64,000 nt of DNA from Vicinamibacterales bacterium (GTDB lineage: Bacteria > Acidobacteriota > Vicinamibacteria > Vicinamibacterales > 2-12-FULL-66-21), in NCBI GenBank assembly GCA_035637115.1, contig DASPXV010000197.1:6799-70798 (forward strand), read 5' to 3'. Shown here piece by piece: positions 19,997 through 29,949 of this stretch (positions are counted from its first letter, which is position 1; each line of letters starts with the position of its first letter). The notes under the pieces were generated by a model. The model worked only from the letters and a program-made list of their open reading frames with translations. It did not search any database and was not told the DNA's origin. Position numbers and translations under genes: made by a program.

Positions 19997-20866
19997 TTAC
20001 TGCATGCTCCGAAGCTTCGCGACGGCCCGATTCAGCGATCGCTGTTTCTTCCGCATGTCGGCCCACACATCGCCCGCTTTTTTGATGCGTGCCGGCATAT
20101 TCCGAAGCGTGAACGCGGAAGGACCGATATCCCCCTTGATGACTTCGTCCCACGTGCAAGGCGCAGACACCGGCGCCCCGGGCTTTGCGCGCACCGCGTA
20201 GGCCGCGGCAAACGTCGCGCTGTAATCGTTGCGTCCCGTGTCGACGAGAATCCGTCCGGCGCGATCCTTCTTGTGAAACTCCAGCGTGAGCTCTTTCGGA
20301 TAGCGCTTCACGAGCAGCCGCGCGACGCCATGCGCGAAGCTCGCTGCTTCACCCATGGCTGTGCTGCCGTCCAGCGACGTGACGATGTGAAAGCCCTTCG
20401 ACCCCGACGTCTTGATCCAGCAGGGCAGCCCGAGCTCGTCGAGCAGATCGCGGAGCGCAACGGCAGCCGCGCGCAACATGTCGGGATCATCCCGCGAAGG
20501 ATCGAGATCGAACACGCCGACGTCCGGGTGCATCAGGTCGGGCGCCCGCGAGACCCACACGTGCGGTGTGATCGTGTTCTGGTTTGTAATCCAGAGCAGC
20601 GATTTCACGTCGGTGACGAGCGGATGATGGACGACGCCGTCCTTCTTCGGGACTTCCACCCGTTTCAGCCACGAGGGAAAACCCTTGGATACGTCTTTCT
20701 GCCAGAACCCCTTTGCCCCGATGCCCGCCGGATAGCGCTCCATCGTGACCGGCCGATTGCGGATATGGGGCAGCATCACCGGCGCGACCGCTTCGTAATA
20801 AGCGGCAAGATCCCCTTTCGTGATGCCGTCGGCGGGGAACAGCACTTTCTCGGGATGCGTGATCAT
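19997..20866 (-). CDS. stand-alone LigD-type primase-polymerase domain (PolDom / Prim-PolC-like)
   Basis: ITHPEKVLFP, TKGDL..YY, RYPAGI, FDLDP, KTSGSKGFH, AYAVRA..APVSAP. Confidence 0.92.
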   Translation of the reverse strand: MITHPEKVLFPADGITKGDLAAYYEAVAPVMLPHIRNRPVTMERYPAGIGAKGFWQKDVSKGFPSWLKRVEVPKKDGVVHHPLVTDVKSLLWITNQNTITPHVWVSRAPDLMHPDVGVFDLDPSRDDPDMLRAAAVALRDLLDELGLPCWIKTSGSKGFHIVTSLDGSTAMGEAASFAHGVARLLVKRYPKELTLEFHKKDRAGRILVDTGRNDYSATFAAAYAVRAKPGAPVSAPCTWDEVIKGDIGPSAFTLRNMPARIKKAGDVWADMRKKQRSLNRAVAKLRSMQ

Positions 20867-21657
20867 GAGACCACTCGCAGCAGCCGCGGGTGACGGAGCT
20901 TTCCATGCGCGGTCCACTCGATAAAGGCGACGGAGACGACGATTTCCGGGCGCACCCAGTGCGCGCGCAGCCGCGGCAGCCCCTTGGACTTCGTGAACGG
21001 CGCCTTTGCGATCTCGATCACGTCCAGTCGTTTGCGCAGGTCGAGCAGCAGCTTGGTGTCGAAGCCCGTGCCGATCTTTCCGGCGAAGACGAACTCACCC
21101 TTGTCGTGATGGCCGACGAGGAGCGCACCGAGGCCCACGCGCGATCCCTGCGGATCGCTGAAGCCGCCTACGATGAACTCGTGGGTCAGCTCGCACTTCA
21201 TCTTGAGCCAGTTCTTCGAGCGGCGATGTTCGTACGGCGAGTCCCGCCGCTTTGCGATGACGCCTTCCCAGCCTTCGGCGCACGCGCGATCCCACGGCGC
21301 CGGTCCGTCGAGCTCGGTCACGCGCTGGAGCGGCGCGCGAAGCGGAAGGGCGGCCAGCAACGCGCGGCGTGCTTCGAGAGGTTCTTTCGTCACGTTCCCG
21401 CCGTCGATCCAGATAACGTCGAAGACGTGATACGCGCTCTGGCGATCCCAGGTGATCTCGCCGTCAAGGATCGCGTCGCGAACGGGCAGCTTCGCGATCG
21501 CCTCTTCGATTGCCGGCAGGTTCTGCCGCAGGCGGTTCCGCGAAAACAACCGGACGTCGCGCCCCTGCTTGAACGCGAGGAGCCGGATGCCATCGAACTT
21601 CCGTTCGAACAGCCACTCCGGGCCGGTGAAGCGCTCCTGCGTGAGCGTGGCGGCCAT
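20863..21657 (-). CDS. compact ATP-dependent DNA ligase (LigC/LigD ligase domain)
   Basis: ERKFDG, LDGE, FD, EGVIAK, WLKMK, GTGF, LRHP; homology appears to extend ~8 codons upstream (PFPEWVEP). Confidence 0.9.
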   Translation of the reverse strand: MAATLTQERFTGPEWLFERKFDGIRLLAFKQGRDVRLFSRNRLRQNLPAIEEAIAKLPVRDAILDGEITWDRQSAYHVFDVIWIDGGNVTKEPLEARRALLAALPLRAPLQRVTELDGPAPWDRACAEGWEGVIAKRRDSPYEHRRSKNWLKMKCELTHEFIVGGFSDPQGSRVGLGALLVGHHDKGEFVFAGKIGTGFDTKLLLDLRKRLDVIEIAKAPFTKSKGLPRLRAHWVRPEIVVSVAFIEWTAHGKLRHPRLLRVVS

Positions 21658-21698
21658 CGGCTCGACCCATTCAGGGAACGGCGTATCTGCCTCCCCGA

Positions 21699-22925
21699 CT
21701 ACTTCTTTGGAACGAGTTTGAGAATCCGGCCCTTGTCGTTGTCCGTCAGCAGGTAGAGCGCACCGTCAGGCCCCTGCCGCACGTCGCGAATCCGTTCGCG
21801 GTTTGGTTGCAGGTCGGTCAGCAGCCGCTCTTCGCCCGTCACGCGGTCCCCCTTCACATCAAGGCGCACCAGGTTCGTTGAGGCCAGTCCGCCGATGAAG
21901 AGGCTGCCTTTCCATTCGGGAAACAGGGTGCCCGTGTAGAACACCATGCCGCTCGGGGCGATGACCGGATCCCAGTAGTAGATCGGCTGCTCCATCCCTT
22001 GCTTCGCGGTGATGCCACCGGTGATCCGTCCACCCTGGTACTCGATCCCGTACGCGACCGTCGGCCAGCCGTAGTCTTTTCCCTTGCGCACGATGTTGAT
22101 CTCATCGCCTCCGCGTGTGCCGTGCTCGACTTCCCAGAGTTCTCCGGTTGTCGGGTGCAGCATTGCGGCCTGCACGTTGCGGTGGCCGATCGACCAGATC
22201 TCCGGTCGCACACCTGGTTTGCCGACGAACGGATTGTCCCTCGGCACCGTGCCGTCGTCATTCAGCCGCACGATCTTGCCGAGCAGGCTGTTCATCCGCT
22301 GCGCCTGCATGCGGCCCGGCGTGATCGAGCGCTCCCCCTGCGTCACGAACAGTGTGCCGTCGCGGTTCCACACCAGGCGGCTGCCATAGTGCATCGTGGA
22401 CTCCATCGAGGGCACTTGGTGATAAATCACCTGCACGTCTTCGATGCGCGGCTCCGCGCCATCGACGAACTTGCCGCGCGCCACGGCCGTGTTGGTCAGT
22501 CCTCCTTCGCGCGGCTCCGAGAAGCTCCAGTAGATCAGTTGATTCGAGGCGAAGCGCGGATGCAGCGAGACGTCCAGTAAGCCTCCCTGATTGCGCGTGT
22601 CGGTCGGAGGAATGCCCGCGACAGGGGGTGAGAGTTGCCCATCGGTCGAGACCACGCGCAGGCGGCCCATCTTCTCAGTGACGAGCATCTTTCCTGACGG
22701 GAGGAAGGCGAGGCCCCACGGCTTGTCGAGTCCCTCGGCAAACGTGACCACGTCGAAGCCCACGTTGGTCTTGTGCTCGGGGGCGCGCGTCTGGCCGGGA
22801 AACGCGGGGTGCTGGTTAGGGGCGTTCGGCGGATGCGGATCCACGCCCGCCGGTTGTTGCGCGTTGAGCTGGCAGGCGGCGCCTGCAACCAGCAGGCCCA
22901 TCGCGAGAGCTGCGCTCTTGACCAT
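21699..22925 (-). CDS. PQQ-dependent soluble sugar dehydrogenase (GSDH/YliI family)
   Basis: [48 protein letters not shown]. Confidence 0.92.
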   Translation of the reverse strand: MVKSAALAMGLLVAGAACQLNAQQPAGVDPHPPNAPNQHPAFPGQTRAPEHKTNVGFDVVTFAEGLDKPWGLAFLPSGKMLVTEKMGRLRVVSTDGQLSPPVAGIPPTDTRNQGGLLDVSLHPRFASNQLIYWSFSEPREGGLTNTAVARGKFVDGAEPRIEDVQVIYHQVPSMESTMHYGSRLVWNRDGTLFVTQGERSITPGRMQAQRMNSLLGKIVRLNDDGTVPRDNPFVGKPGVRPEIWSIGHRNVQAAMLHPTTGELWEVEHGTRGGDEINIVRKGKDYGWPTVAYGIEYQGGRITGGITAKQGMEQPIYYWDPVIAPSGMVFYTGTLFPEWKGSLFIGGLASTNLVRLDVKGDRVTGEERLLTDLQPNRERIRDVRQGPDGALYLLTDNDKGRILKLVPKK

Positions 22926-22975
22926 GACGGCGATCTTATCGCGTCCGAACTTCAGAGACACGGTAGCATCGCGCG

Positions 22976-23635
22976 GTGACGTTCTCTCATGCTTCGCGCG
23001 GCCGGCTGACCACGCGCGACCTGGGGCGGTTTGCCGGTGACACGCTGTTCGATCGGATTGCCCGCGCCGTCTGCCAGGCCGGCTGTCTGCCACGCAAGGA
23101 ACTTTATGAAGCGTGGGAGATCGCGCGGCGCGCTCGACGTCTCTTCCGCGGCGGGCGCGTCGTGGACTTCGGCGGCGGCCACGGACTGCTCGCCCACGTG
23201 ATGTTGATCCTTGACGACTCATCGCCGGGGGCGCTTGTCGTCGACAAGGAGACGCCGCCATGCGCGATCGCGCTGCAGGATGCGCTGGTGACTGCGTGGC
23301 CGCGATTGTCAGGACGCGTCGTACGGTTCGAAGGGGATCTCGAGCAGGTCGATCTGCATTCACCGGACGTTGTGGTGGCAAGCCATGCCTGCGGCCGATT
23401 GACCGACGTTGTCATCGATCGGGCATGTGCTGCGGGGGCATCGCTCGCGATTCTGCCGTGCTGTCACGATCTGGAGGCGTGCGATGCAGCGGGCCTCGAG
23501 GGATGGATGGACGAAGCGCTGGCGATCGATGCGGTCCGTGCGCTGCGGCTGCGCGCGCGGGGCTACCGCATCTGGACGCAGGCGATTCCCGCGGAGATCA
23601 CGCCGAAGAACCGGCTGCTGCTCGCGGCGCCTTAG
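22976..23635 (+). CDS. SAM-dependent methyltransferase (Methyltransf_32-like)
   Basis: [27 protein letters not shown]. Confidence 0.85.
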   Translation: MTFSHASRGRLTTRDLGRFAGDTLFDRIARAVCQAGCLPRKELYEAWEIARRARRLFRGGRVVDFGGGHGLLAHVMLILDDSSPGALVVDKETPPCAIALQDALVTAWPRLSGRVVRFEGDLEQVDLHSPDVVVASHACGRLTDVVIDRACAAGASLAILPCCHDLEACDAAGLEGWMDEALAIDAVRALRLRARGYRIWTQAIPAEITPKNRLLLAAP

Positions 23636-23796
23636 CAGCCCGTGGTGAAAGTCTGGCGTTGCACCGAGACGGGCGAGGCGCCCCGCCGGCAAGGCGCGAC
23701 GACCGAGAATACCGGGAGTATTTGAGCGAGGAGCAACGCAGCCGGCGGGGATGGATCGACGGTCGAATGCAGCCAGCCTTTCACCACGGGCTGCTA
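23633..23796. repeat. 164-nt nested-hairpin / MITE-like element, copy 1
   Basis: 19-bp perfect TIR TAGCAGCCCGTGGTGAAAG; inner 10-bp stem CCCCGCCGGC/GCCGGCGGGG; homologous to 53669-53833. Confidence 0.85.
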
Positions 23797-25113
23797 CTAG
23801 CGGTTGAACGGCCGCTCCTGGATCCAGCTGAAGCCGCGATTGAGCAGGAGGAAGTTGCTGCGATCGTACAGGTGCAGGTCGAACCGCACCTTGTGTCCAT
23901 CCATTTCACCCTCGAGGACCATCCGATCCGGCGCCTGCTGCTGGATGGCAAACCGGGCCCCCCAGTTCTTGTCCGCAGCGTTCGTCAGGGCGAGCGTCTT
24001 TGCGTTCATGTCCGCTTTCGCGCCGTATACCTGGAATGAATCGTCCATGCGCTGGAACGAGATCGATGTCGGGTTCTGGAAAATCAAGCGGCGCCAGCGT
24101 CCGTAATCGCCGATCAGTCCGGCGCGGAGCACGCCATCCACCTGCATTTCTTCCACGTTCCAGATACCGTACAGCGGAGACTTGGGCGCGCCGCCGCCTC
24201 GCTGCATCCAGGCCTGTCGCGCGCTGTACAGGTTCATACCGATGATGTAGGCCGCGAATGCGAGTTGCAGCGCCATCGCGAGGCGGCGCGGCCTCGCGAC
24301 CACGATCGCCGATACCAGCCGCCGCACCTCCGGCGCCAGCAGGACGAGGCACATGACGATCAGGTGAAACGAGAAGAGTTTCACCGGTACGTCGTAGGTC
24401 ATGTTCAACGTGAAGATCTGGATCGAGTCGGCGAGCACCACCAGCGCGCCCAGTACCGCCAGCGGTGGCACGAACAGCAGTACTGCGCCGGTGAGCTCCG
24501 CAAACCCGGCGAACCGTTCGTAGGGGAACGACGCGCCGACCGAATACCAGAGCACGCCCATCGGCGAGAAGTTGCCGAACGGTTCCACGAGACGCTGCAG
24601 GCTCGGCGCCGGCATCTGCAGCGGGATCGCCTTGACCATACCGTATCCGATCATCGTCGCGCCAACCGCGAACCGCAGAAAAATCCGGAACCATTTGTTC
24701 AATCGCACGTAGTTCGCGCGCTTGCGGTCGGCGATCGACCACGCGGCACTCACCGCGACAGCGAAGACGAGCAGACAGAATGCGTGGACCCAGTCGACCG
24801 TCTTGTCGCCGCTCCCGGTGTTGATTGTCATGAACGGCGTGGTGACCTTGAAGACGTGCGTCGCGGTCCAGGACACGACCCCCTTCATGTAGCCCGTCGC
24901 GCCGAGATTCGGCAGGTTGCCGACCGGCAGGATCAACAGGCCTCCGAGCATCTGCGTGGTCAGCACGTACAGGCTGATGTAAACAAACGTCAGCCGAAAA
25001 GCGATCCGGGTCGCGAGGCGCCAGGGGACCTGCTGATCGTAAAAGACCGTGGGCTCCTGTTCCGCGGGAACTGCGTCCACCGGCGGCGTATCGATAGTCC
25101 TGAGGTCGAGCAT
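23797..25113 (-). CDS. DoxX-like multi-pass membrane protein with C-terminal soluble domain
   Basis: YGMVKAIPLQM, PMGVLW, N.TYDVPVKLFS, LYGIW, RGFSWIQERPFNR. Confidence 0.8.
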   Translation of the reverse strand: MLDLRTIDTPPVDAVPAEQEPTVFYDQQVPWRLATRIAFRLTFVYISLYVLTTQMLGGLLILPVGNLPNLGATGYMKGVVSWTATHVFKVTTPFMTINTGSGDKTVDWVHAFCLLVFAVAVSAAWSIADRKRANYVRLNKWFRIFLRFAVGATMIGYGMVKAIPLQMPAPSLQRLVEPFGNFSPMGVLWYSVGASFPYERFAGFAELTGAVLLFVPPLAVLGALVVLADSIQIFTLNMTYDVPVKLFSFHLIVMCLVLLAPEVRRLVSAIVVARPRRLAMALQLAFAAYIIGMNLYSARQAWMQRGGGAPKSPLYGIWNVEEMQVDGVLRAGLIGDYGRWRRLIFQNPTSISFQRMDDSFQVYGAKADMNAKTLALTNAADKNWGARFAIQQQAPDRMVLEGEMDGHKVRFDLHLYDRSNFLLLNRGFSWIQERPFNR

Positions 25114-25148
25114 GCGCGGCATACTACAATGACCGGCTGGACCGGTCC

Positions 25149-25811
25149 ATGACCAGATTCCGCGCAATTTCCGCCGCCATCGTCATACTCGGCGCGGCCG
25201 CCGTGGCCTCCTGCGGTGCCTCCACCGCGGCCAATGGGCCAGCGATCGTCCAACCGGGCGCGCCCGGCGAAGCAAGCAAGATCGTCCAGGCGGAGCAGGC
25301 TCGCGATCTCTCGAAGGTGCAGTTCACGCCCGCCGACGCGAAGTTCATGCAGGGCATGATTCACCACCACGCGCAGGCCGTGGACATGACGCAGCTTCTT
25401 GCCACGCGCACGAACAGCGAGGACATGAAGAAACTCGCGCTGCGCATCGAGCTCTCGCAGAACGACGAGATGAAGATGATGCGGCGCTGGCTCGCCGTGC
25501 GCGGACAGGAAGTGCCGGGCGAGCACGCGCATCACATGCCGGGGGCGCCAATGATGCCTGGCATGCTGAGCGCCGACGAGATGGTGCGTCTGGCCGCTGC
25601 GAAAGGCACCGAATTCGATCGGCTCTTCCTCGAAGGCATGATCAAGCACCACGCCGGCGCGCTGACGATGGTGCAGGAACTGTTTGCGACGCCAGGCGCG
25701 GGGCAGGACTCTGAAATCTACGCGTTCGCATCGGATGTCGACGCGGATCAGCGGATGGAAATCGATCGCATGGCCGCGATGCTCGCCGCCATCAAGGAGC
25801 AAAAGAAATGA
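25149..25811 (+). CDS. DUF305 (ferritin-like) lipoprotein
   Basis: Lipobox VASC; two MIxHH motifs. Confidence 0.9.
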   Translation: MTRFRAISAAIVILGAAAVASCGASTAANGPAIVQPGAPGEASKIVQAEQARDLSKVQFTPADAKFMQGMIHHHAQAVDMTQLLATRTNSEDMKKLALRIELSQNDEMKMMRRWLAVRGQEVPGEHAHHMPGAPMMPGMLSADEMVRLAAAKGTEFDRLFLEGMIKHHAGALTMVQELFATPGAGQDSEIYAFASDVDADQRMEIDRMAAMLAAIKEQKK

Positions 25812-27745
25812 AACGGGTCAGTGCAAGTGTGGTTGCCGTGTCAGCCGCGATCCTGGCGTTCACGATTCAGGGACGCGCGCAGGACAAGCCCGCGGCAGCG
25901 CTGTCGAACGATCCGCGCAGCACGCTGAAGCCGGGTTTCCGCGACGCCGGCCACGTGGCGCGGAACATCGAGCTCGTTGCGACGATGCCGAAGCCGTCGG
26001 GATTCTTCGATCCGAAGCAGCCCGCCGGATCGCCGGCTCCGCCCCGGACCACGCCCGCGCCGCCGGGCGCGCAGCCGAGTGCGCCGGCCACGACGACGAC
26101 GACAACCACGACGGACGCGCCGGCTACTCCCGCGCCGGCTACTCCCGCGCCGACTACGCCTGCGCCGCCGCCGAGCCAGGGGTTGAACTTCTCGAACTCT
26201 GATCTCGCGTTCCGCAAGGCGGACATGTTCATGGGCAACTTCAACGGGTTCAACACCTACGACATCGAGACGCCGAAGAAACCGCGGCTGCTTGCGTCCG
26301 TTGTCTGCCCCGGCGGACAAGGTGATATGTCCGTCTACGGAAACTTGTTGTTCATGTCAGTCGAGCAGACGCGCGGGCGCCTTGACTGCGGTACGCAGGG
26401 CGTGACCGAAACGGTCAGCAAGGAGCGCTTCCGCGGCGTCCGGATCTTCGACATCACCGACATCAGCAAGCCGAAGCAGATCGCCGCCATCCAGAGCTGC
26501 CGCGGTTCGCACACGCACACGCTCGTGACCGATCCCAACGACAAGGCGAACATCTACGTCTACGGCTCCGGGACCGGCGCCGTCAGGTCCGGCGACGAGC
26601 TCGAAGGCTGCTCGGGCAAGGGGCCCGACGAGGATCCGAACACCGCGCTGTTCAGCATCGACGTCATCAAGGTGCCGCTGGCCGCGCCCGAAAAGGCCGC
26701 GATCGTGAACAAGCCGCGCATCTTTGCGGATCCCAAGAGCGGGGCGATTGCCGGACTGTGGCAAGGAGGAAGTCACGGCGAAGGCACGCAGTCGTCGCGG
26801 ATCACCAACCAGTGCCACGACATCACGGTGTTCCCCGAGGTCGGCCTTGCCGCGGGTGCGTGCGCGGGCAACGGCATCTTGCTGGACATTTCTGATCCGG
26901 TGCACCCCGTCAGACTCGATCAGGTGACCGACAAGAACTTCGCGTACTGGCATTCCGCGACGTTCAATAACGACGGTACCAAGGTCGTGTTCACAGACGA
27001 ATGGGGCGGTGGCACGCAGCCGCGCTGCCGCGCGACGGATCCACCGACGTGGGGCGCCGATGCCGTCTTCGACATCGTCGACAAGAAGCTGAAGTTCGGT
27101 GGCTATTACAAGATGCCGGCGCCGCAGGCGGACACGGAGAACTGCGTCGCGCACAACGGCTCGATCATTCCCGTTCCTGGCCGCGACATCATGGTGCAGG
27201 CGTGGTACCAGGGAGGCGTCTCCGTGTTCGACTTCAGCGATTCGACGAAGCCGATCGAGATTGCGTACTTCGATCGCGGCCCGATCGACGACAAGAACCT
27301 GATCATCGGCGGCTACTGGTCCACGTACTGGTACAACGGCCGAATCTACGGATCCGAAATTTCCCGCGGCATCGACATCTTCCGGCTGCTGCCGAGCGAG
27401 TTCCTGACGCAGAACGAGATCGACGCCGCGGCGTCGGTGCGGCTCGACACGTTCAACGCGCAGATGCAGCCAAAGGTCACCTGGCCGCCGACGGTCACCG
27501 TCGCACACGCCTACCTCGACCAGCTGACGCGCAGCAAGGCGATCGATCCGGCCCGTGTCACGGCTATCAAGAGTGCGCTCGACAAGACTGTGAAAGACAA
27601 GGCTGCCAAGGGGGCCATCGATCAGCTCGATGCGCTTGCGAAGCAGCTCGATCAGGACGCCGGATCCGCGTCCGGCCGTGACGCCGATCGCCTGCGCGCG
27701 CTCGCGGCGACGCTGAAGGGACGCGCCACGCGGCTTCGTTCATAG
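25808..27745 (+). CDS. secreted LVIVD-repeat protein
   Basis: NSDLAF, CPGGQGD, GSHTHT, CHDITV, YWHSATF, ENCVAHNG; typical partner of DUF305. Confidence 0.85.
   Translation: MKRVSASVVAVSAAILAFTIQGRAQDKPAAALSNDPRSTLKPGFRDAGHVARNIELVATMPKPSGFFDPKQPAGSPAPPRTTPAPPGAQPSAPATTTTTTTTDAPATPAPATPAPTTPAPPPSQGLNFSNSDLAFRKADMFMGNFNGFNTYDIETPKKPRLLASVVCPGGQGDMSVYGNLLFMSVEQTRGRLDCGTQGVTETVSKERFRGVRIFDITDISKPKQIAAIQSCRGSHTHTLVTDPNDKANIYVYGSGTGAVRSGDELEGCSGKGPDEDPNTALFSIDVIKVPLAAPEKAAIVNKPRIFADPKSGAIAGLWQGGSHGEGTQSSRITNQCHDITVFPEVGLAAGACAGNGILLDISDPVHPVRLDQVTDKNFAYWHSATFNNDGTKVVFTDEWGGGTQPRCRATDPPTWGADAVFDIVDKKLKFGGYYKMPAPQADTENCVAHNGSIIPVPGRDIMVQAWYQGGVSVFDFSDSTKPIEIAYFDRGPIDDKNLIIGGYWSTYWYNGRIYGSEISRGIDIFRLLPSEFLTQNEIDAAASVRLDTFNAQMQPKVTWPPTVTVAHAYLDQLTRSKAIDPARVTAIKSALDKTVKDKAAKGAIDQLDALAKQLDQDAGSASGRDADRLRALAATLKGRATRLRS
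26090..26170 (+). repeat. in-frame Thr run and 3x 15-bp tandem repeat encoding a Pro/Thr/Ala linker
   Basis: (acg)n, then gcgccggctactccc x2 plus a variant at 26117-26161. Confidence 0.8.
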
Positions 27746-27755
27746 CGCGCATACC

Positions 27756-28420
27756 ATGTCCGCCGGAGTCGGAGATTCCTACGCTCTCTCCGGCGGCACA
27801 GAAACTCCGCCCCGATCGCTCTCGTCCGCGCTGAAGCGGATCGGTCCGGGCATCGTCCTCGCCTCCGCCATCGTCGGATCGTATTACCTGTGGTCGGCCG
27901 TGGGCGCAATCGACCTCGGCTACAGCACGAACGGCGTTTATTCCGTCAACGTTCGTGGCGAAATCCCGGGAGCGATCGCCCGCGCGGCGGACGCGCTTTC
28001 GGCGGATCCGCGCATCTCAGAGGTTGCGGTTACGGGCGGGAATCCACTGTTCATCGCCCTTAATGTCGCTGCGGCGCCCGCGGGTCTGCAGGCCGCTCGA
28101 CCGACCCGCTACACCTTCGTGTCGCCGGAGTACTTCACGGTGCTTCAAATCCCGATCGCGCGAGGTCGCGCATTTCGCGCCGACGAAGCGCGGTCGGCCG
28201 CGCGCGTCGCCATTGTCAGCGAGGCCACCGCGCGGACGTTCTGGGCGGGCGCCGATCCGATCGGGCAGAGGATCGGCATCGAGCGACCGACGGGCCCACG
28301 CCTCGACGAACTCACCGGCTACAGCGAAGTTACGGTGGTCGGCACAGTGCGCGACGTCGTCAGCGGCATGATGGTCGAGGGCACCGACGCTGGACACATC
28401 TACCTGGCGCCTTGGTTACG
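27756..28420 (+). pseudogene. chimeric remnant: Nramp-like transporter N-terminus joined to an internal ADOP permease segment
   Basis: PPRSLSSALKRIGPGIVLASAIVGS (Nramp-like start) then DLGY..VSPEYF.VL.IPI.RGRAF..VAIVSE..FW..DPIGQRI..VVG.V.D (MacB periplasmic domain); breaks off into a repeat. Confidence 0.65.
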
Positions 28421-28450
28421 ACCCCGAGACGTTCGAGGTGATTCCCCTCG

Positions 28451-28482
28451 GAATGCAGCCAGTCTTTCACCACGGGCTGCTA
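28451..28482. repeat. partial (right end) copy of the 164-nt hairpin element
   Basis: gaatgcagccagtctttcaccacgggctgcta, 31/32 identical to 23765-23796. Confidence 0.85.
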
Positions 28483-29922
28483 AAACACGCCGATCGTGGA
28501 CAACGCCGGGCACGCGCGGGATCGCACGATCGAGACGCGCAGGTGACGCGTCGTCAGGGGGTCGATGCGCACGATGCGCTTATGGCCGATCGTCGTGCCC
28601 GTCGCGACCTGGGTCCAGCCTGCCGGCTCTTCCGCTTCGATCGTCCACTCCTCGACACGCTGGCCGAGCGCGATCGCTTCCTGCAGCACGATGCGACCGA
28701 AAGTGATCGGTGCCGCCCACTCCAACTCGATTGATCCCGCTGTGACGCCGTCGTCCGTCGCCCAGTAGGTGTTCGAGTCGCCGTCAATGGTGCGCGCGGC
28801 GCCGAAGGTCGCGACGCCGCCGCGCGTGCTCGTCGATCGTGCGGCCGCCTTTCTGGCCAGATCGGTGCGATAGGTATCGGCGATTCGGCGGCCGAACTCG
28901 CGAAGCCGTTCCGCGTCCACGTCAGGTATCAGGCCGCGACGATCGGGCGGAATGTTGAGCAGCAGGTTCGCGCCGCGTCCGACCGATTGTTCGTAGATCT
29001 CGACGAGACGTTGGACGCTCTTCACCTTCTCGTCTTCAGCGGCGTGGTGGAACCAGCCCGGGCGAATCGACACGTCGACCTCCGGAGGCGCCCAGTTCGG
29101 CCCGTCGGGACTGCCCGCGGCGATCGTGGTGTATTTCGGGTGTCCAGGATAGATACGTGAGAGGTCGATCGGATTCCACGACGTCTCGAACGCGACGCCT
29201 TTCTCGTTGCCCACCCAGCGAACGTCGGGACCGGCGTCGCTGAACATCACCGCGTTCGGCTGCAGGGTCCGAACGAGCTGCCACGTGTTGTTCCAGTCGT
29301 AGTACGTCGAACCATCAATCCGCCGGCGCTCGCGCGCGCCACCGTAGTAGCCATCACCGCCATTCGCGCCGTCGAACCAGACTTCGAACACGGGGCCGTA
29401 CTGTGTCAACAGCTCGCGCAACTGGTTGCGGTAGTAATCCAGGTATGCGGGCCGCCCGTAGTCGGCGTGATTGCGATCCCACGGTGAGAGATAGACGCCG
29501 AACTTCAGGCCGTACTCCGCACACGCGCGCGCGAGATCGCCGACGACGTCCCCTTGTCCGTTCTTCCATGGACTGCGCCTGACCGAGTGCGCGGTGAATC
29601 GGCTGGGCCACAACGTGAACCCGTCGTGATGCTTCGCCGTGAGGATCAGTCCTTTCATCCCCGCATCGCGAGCGACGGAGGCCCATTGCCGCGCGTCGAG
29701 CGCCGTGGGATTGAAGACCTCCTCCGGTTCGTCGCCGTATCCCCACTCCTTGTCGGTGAACGTGTTCACCGTGAAGTGGATGAAGCCGTAGAACTCGAGC
29801 TCGTGCCATGCGAGCTGGCGCGGCGAGGGAAGCGCACCGACAGGAAGAGGGGGGCGGACCTGCCGCTGTGCCGCCAGCAGAAGTCCCGATGCGACGAGGA
29901 GTGCGAGCGCGCGCAGCCGCAT
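28480..29922 (-). CDS. alpha-L-fucosidase (GH29) with C-terminal F5/8-type domain
   Basis: FIHF, LTAKHHDGF.LW, YLSPWD, WFDGA, VRWVGNE, DVSIRPGWF, SVGRGANLLLN. Confidence 0.93.
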   Translation of the reverse strand: MRLRALALLVASGLLLAAQRQVRPPLPVGALPSPRQLAWHELEFYGFIHFTVNTFTDKEWGYGDEPEEVFNPTALDARQWASVARDAGMKGLILTAKHHDGFTLWPSRFTAHSVRRSPWKNGQGDVVGDLARACAEYGLKFGVYLSPWDRNHADYGRPAYLDYYRNQLRELLTQYGPVFEVWFDGANGGDGYYGGARERRRIDGSTYYDWNNTWQLVRTLQPNAVMFSDAGPDVRWVGNEKGVAFETSWNPIDLSRIYPGHPKYTTIAAGSPDGPNWAPPEVDVSIRPGWFHHAAEDEKVKSVQRLVEIYEQSVGRGANLLLNIPPDRRGLIPDVDAERLREFGRRIADTYRTDLARKAAARSTSTRGGVATFGAARTIDGDSNTYWATDDGVTAGSIELEWAAPITFGRIVLQEAIALGQRVEEWTIEAEEPAGWTQVATGTTIGHKRIVRIDPLTTRHLRVSIVRSRACPALSTIGVF

Positions 29923-29949
29923 GCGGCCGAATGATAACCTCCCCGATAC

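Noticed and set aside
23633..23796. tRNA, integron attC site or simple terminator
   Set aside because: No cloverleaf or CCA, no RYYYAAC/GTTRRRY boxes or integrase, and no U-tract
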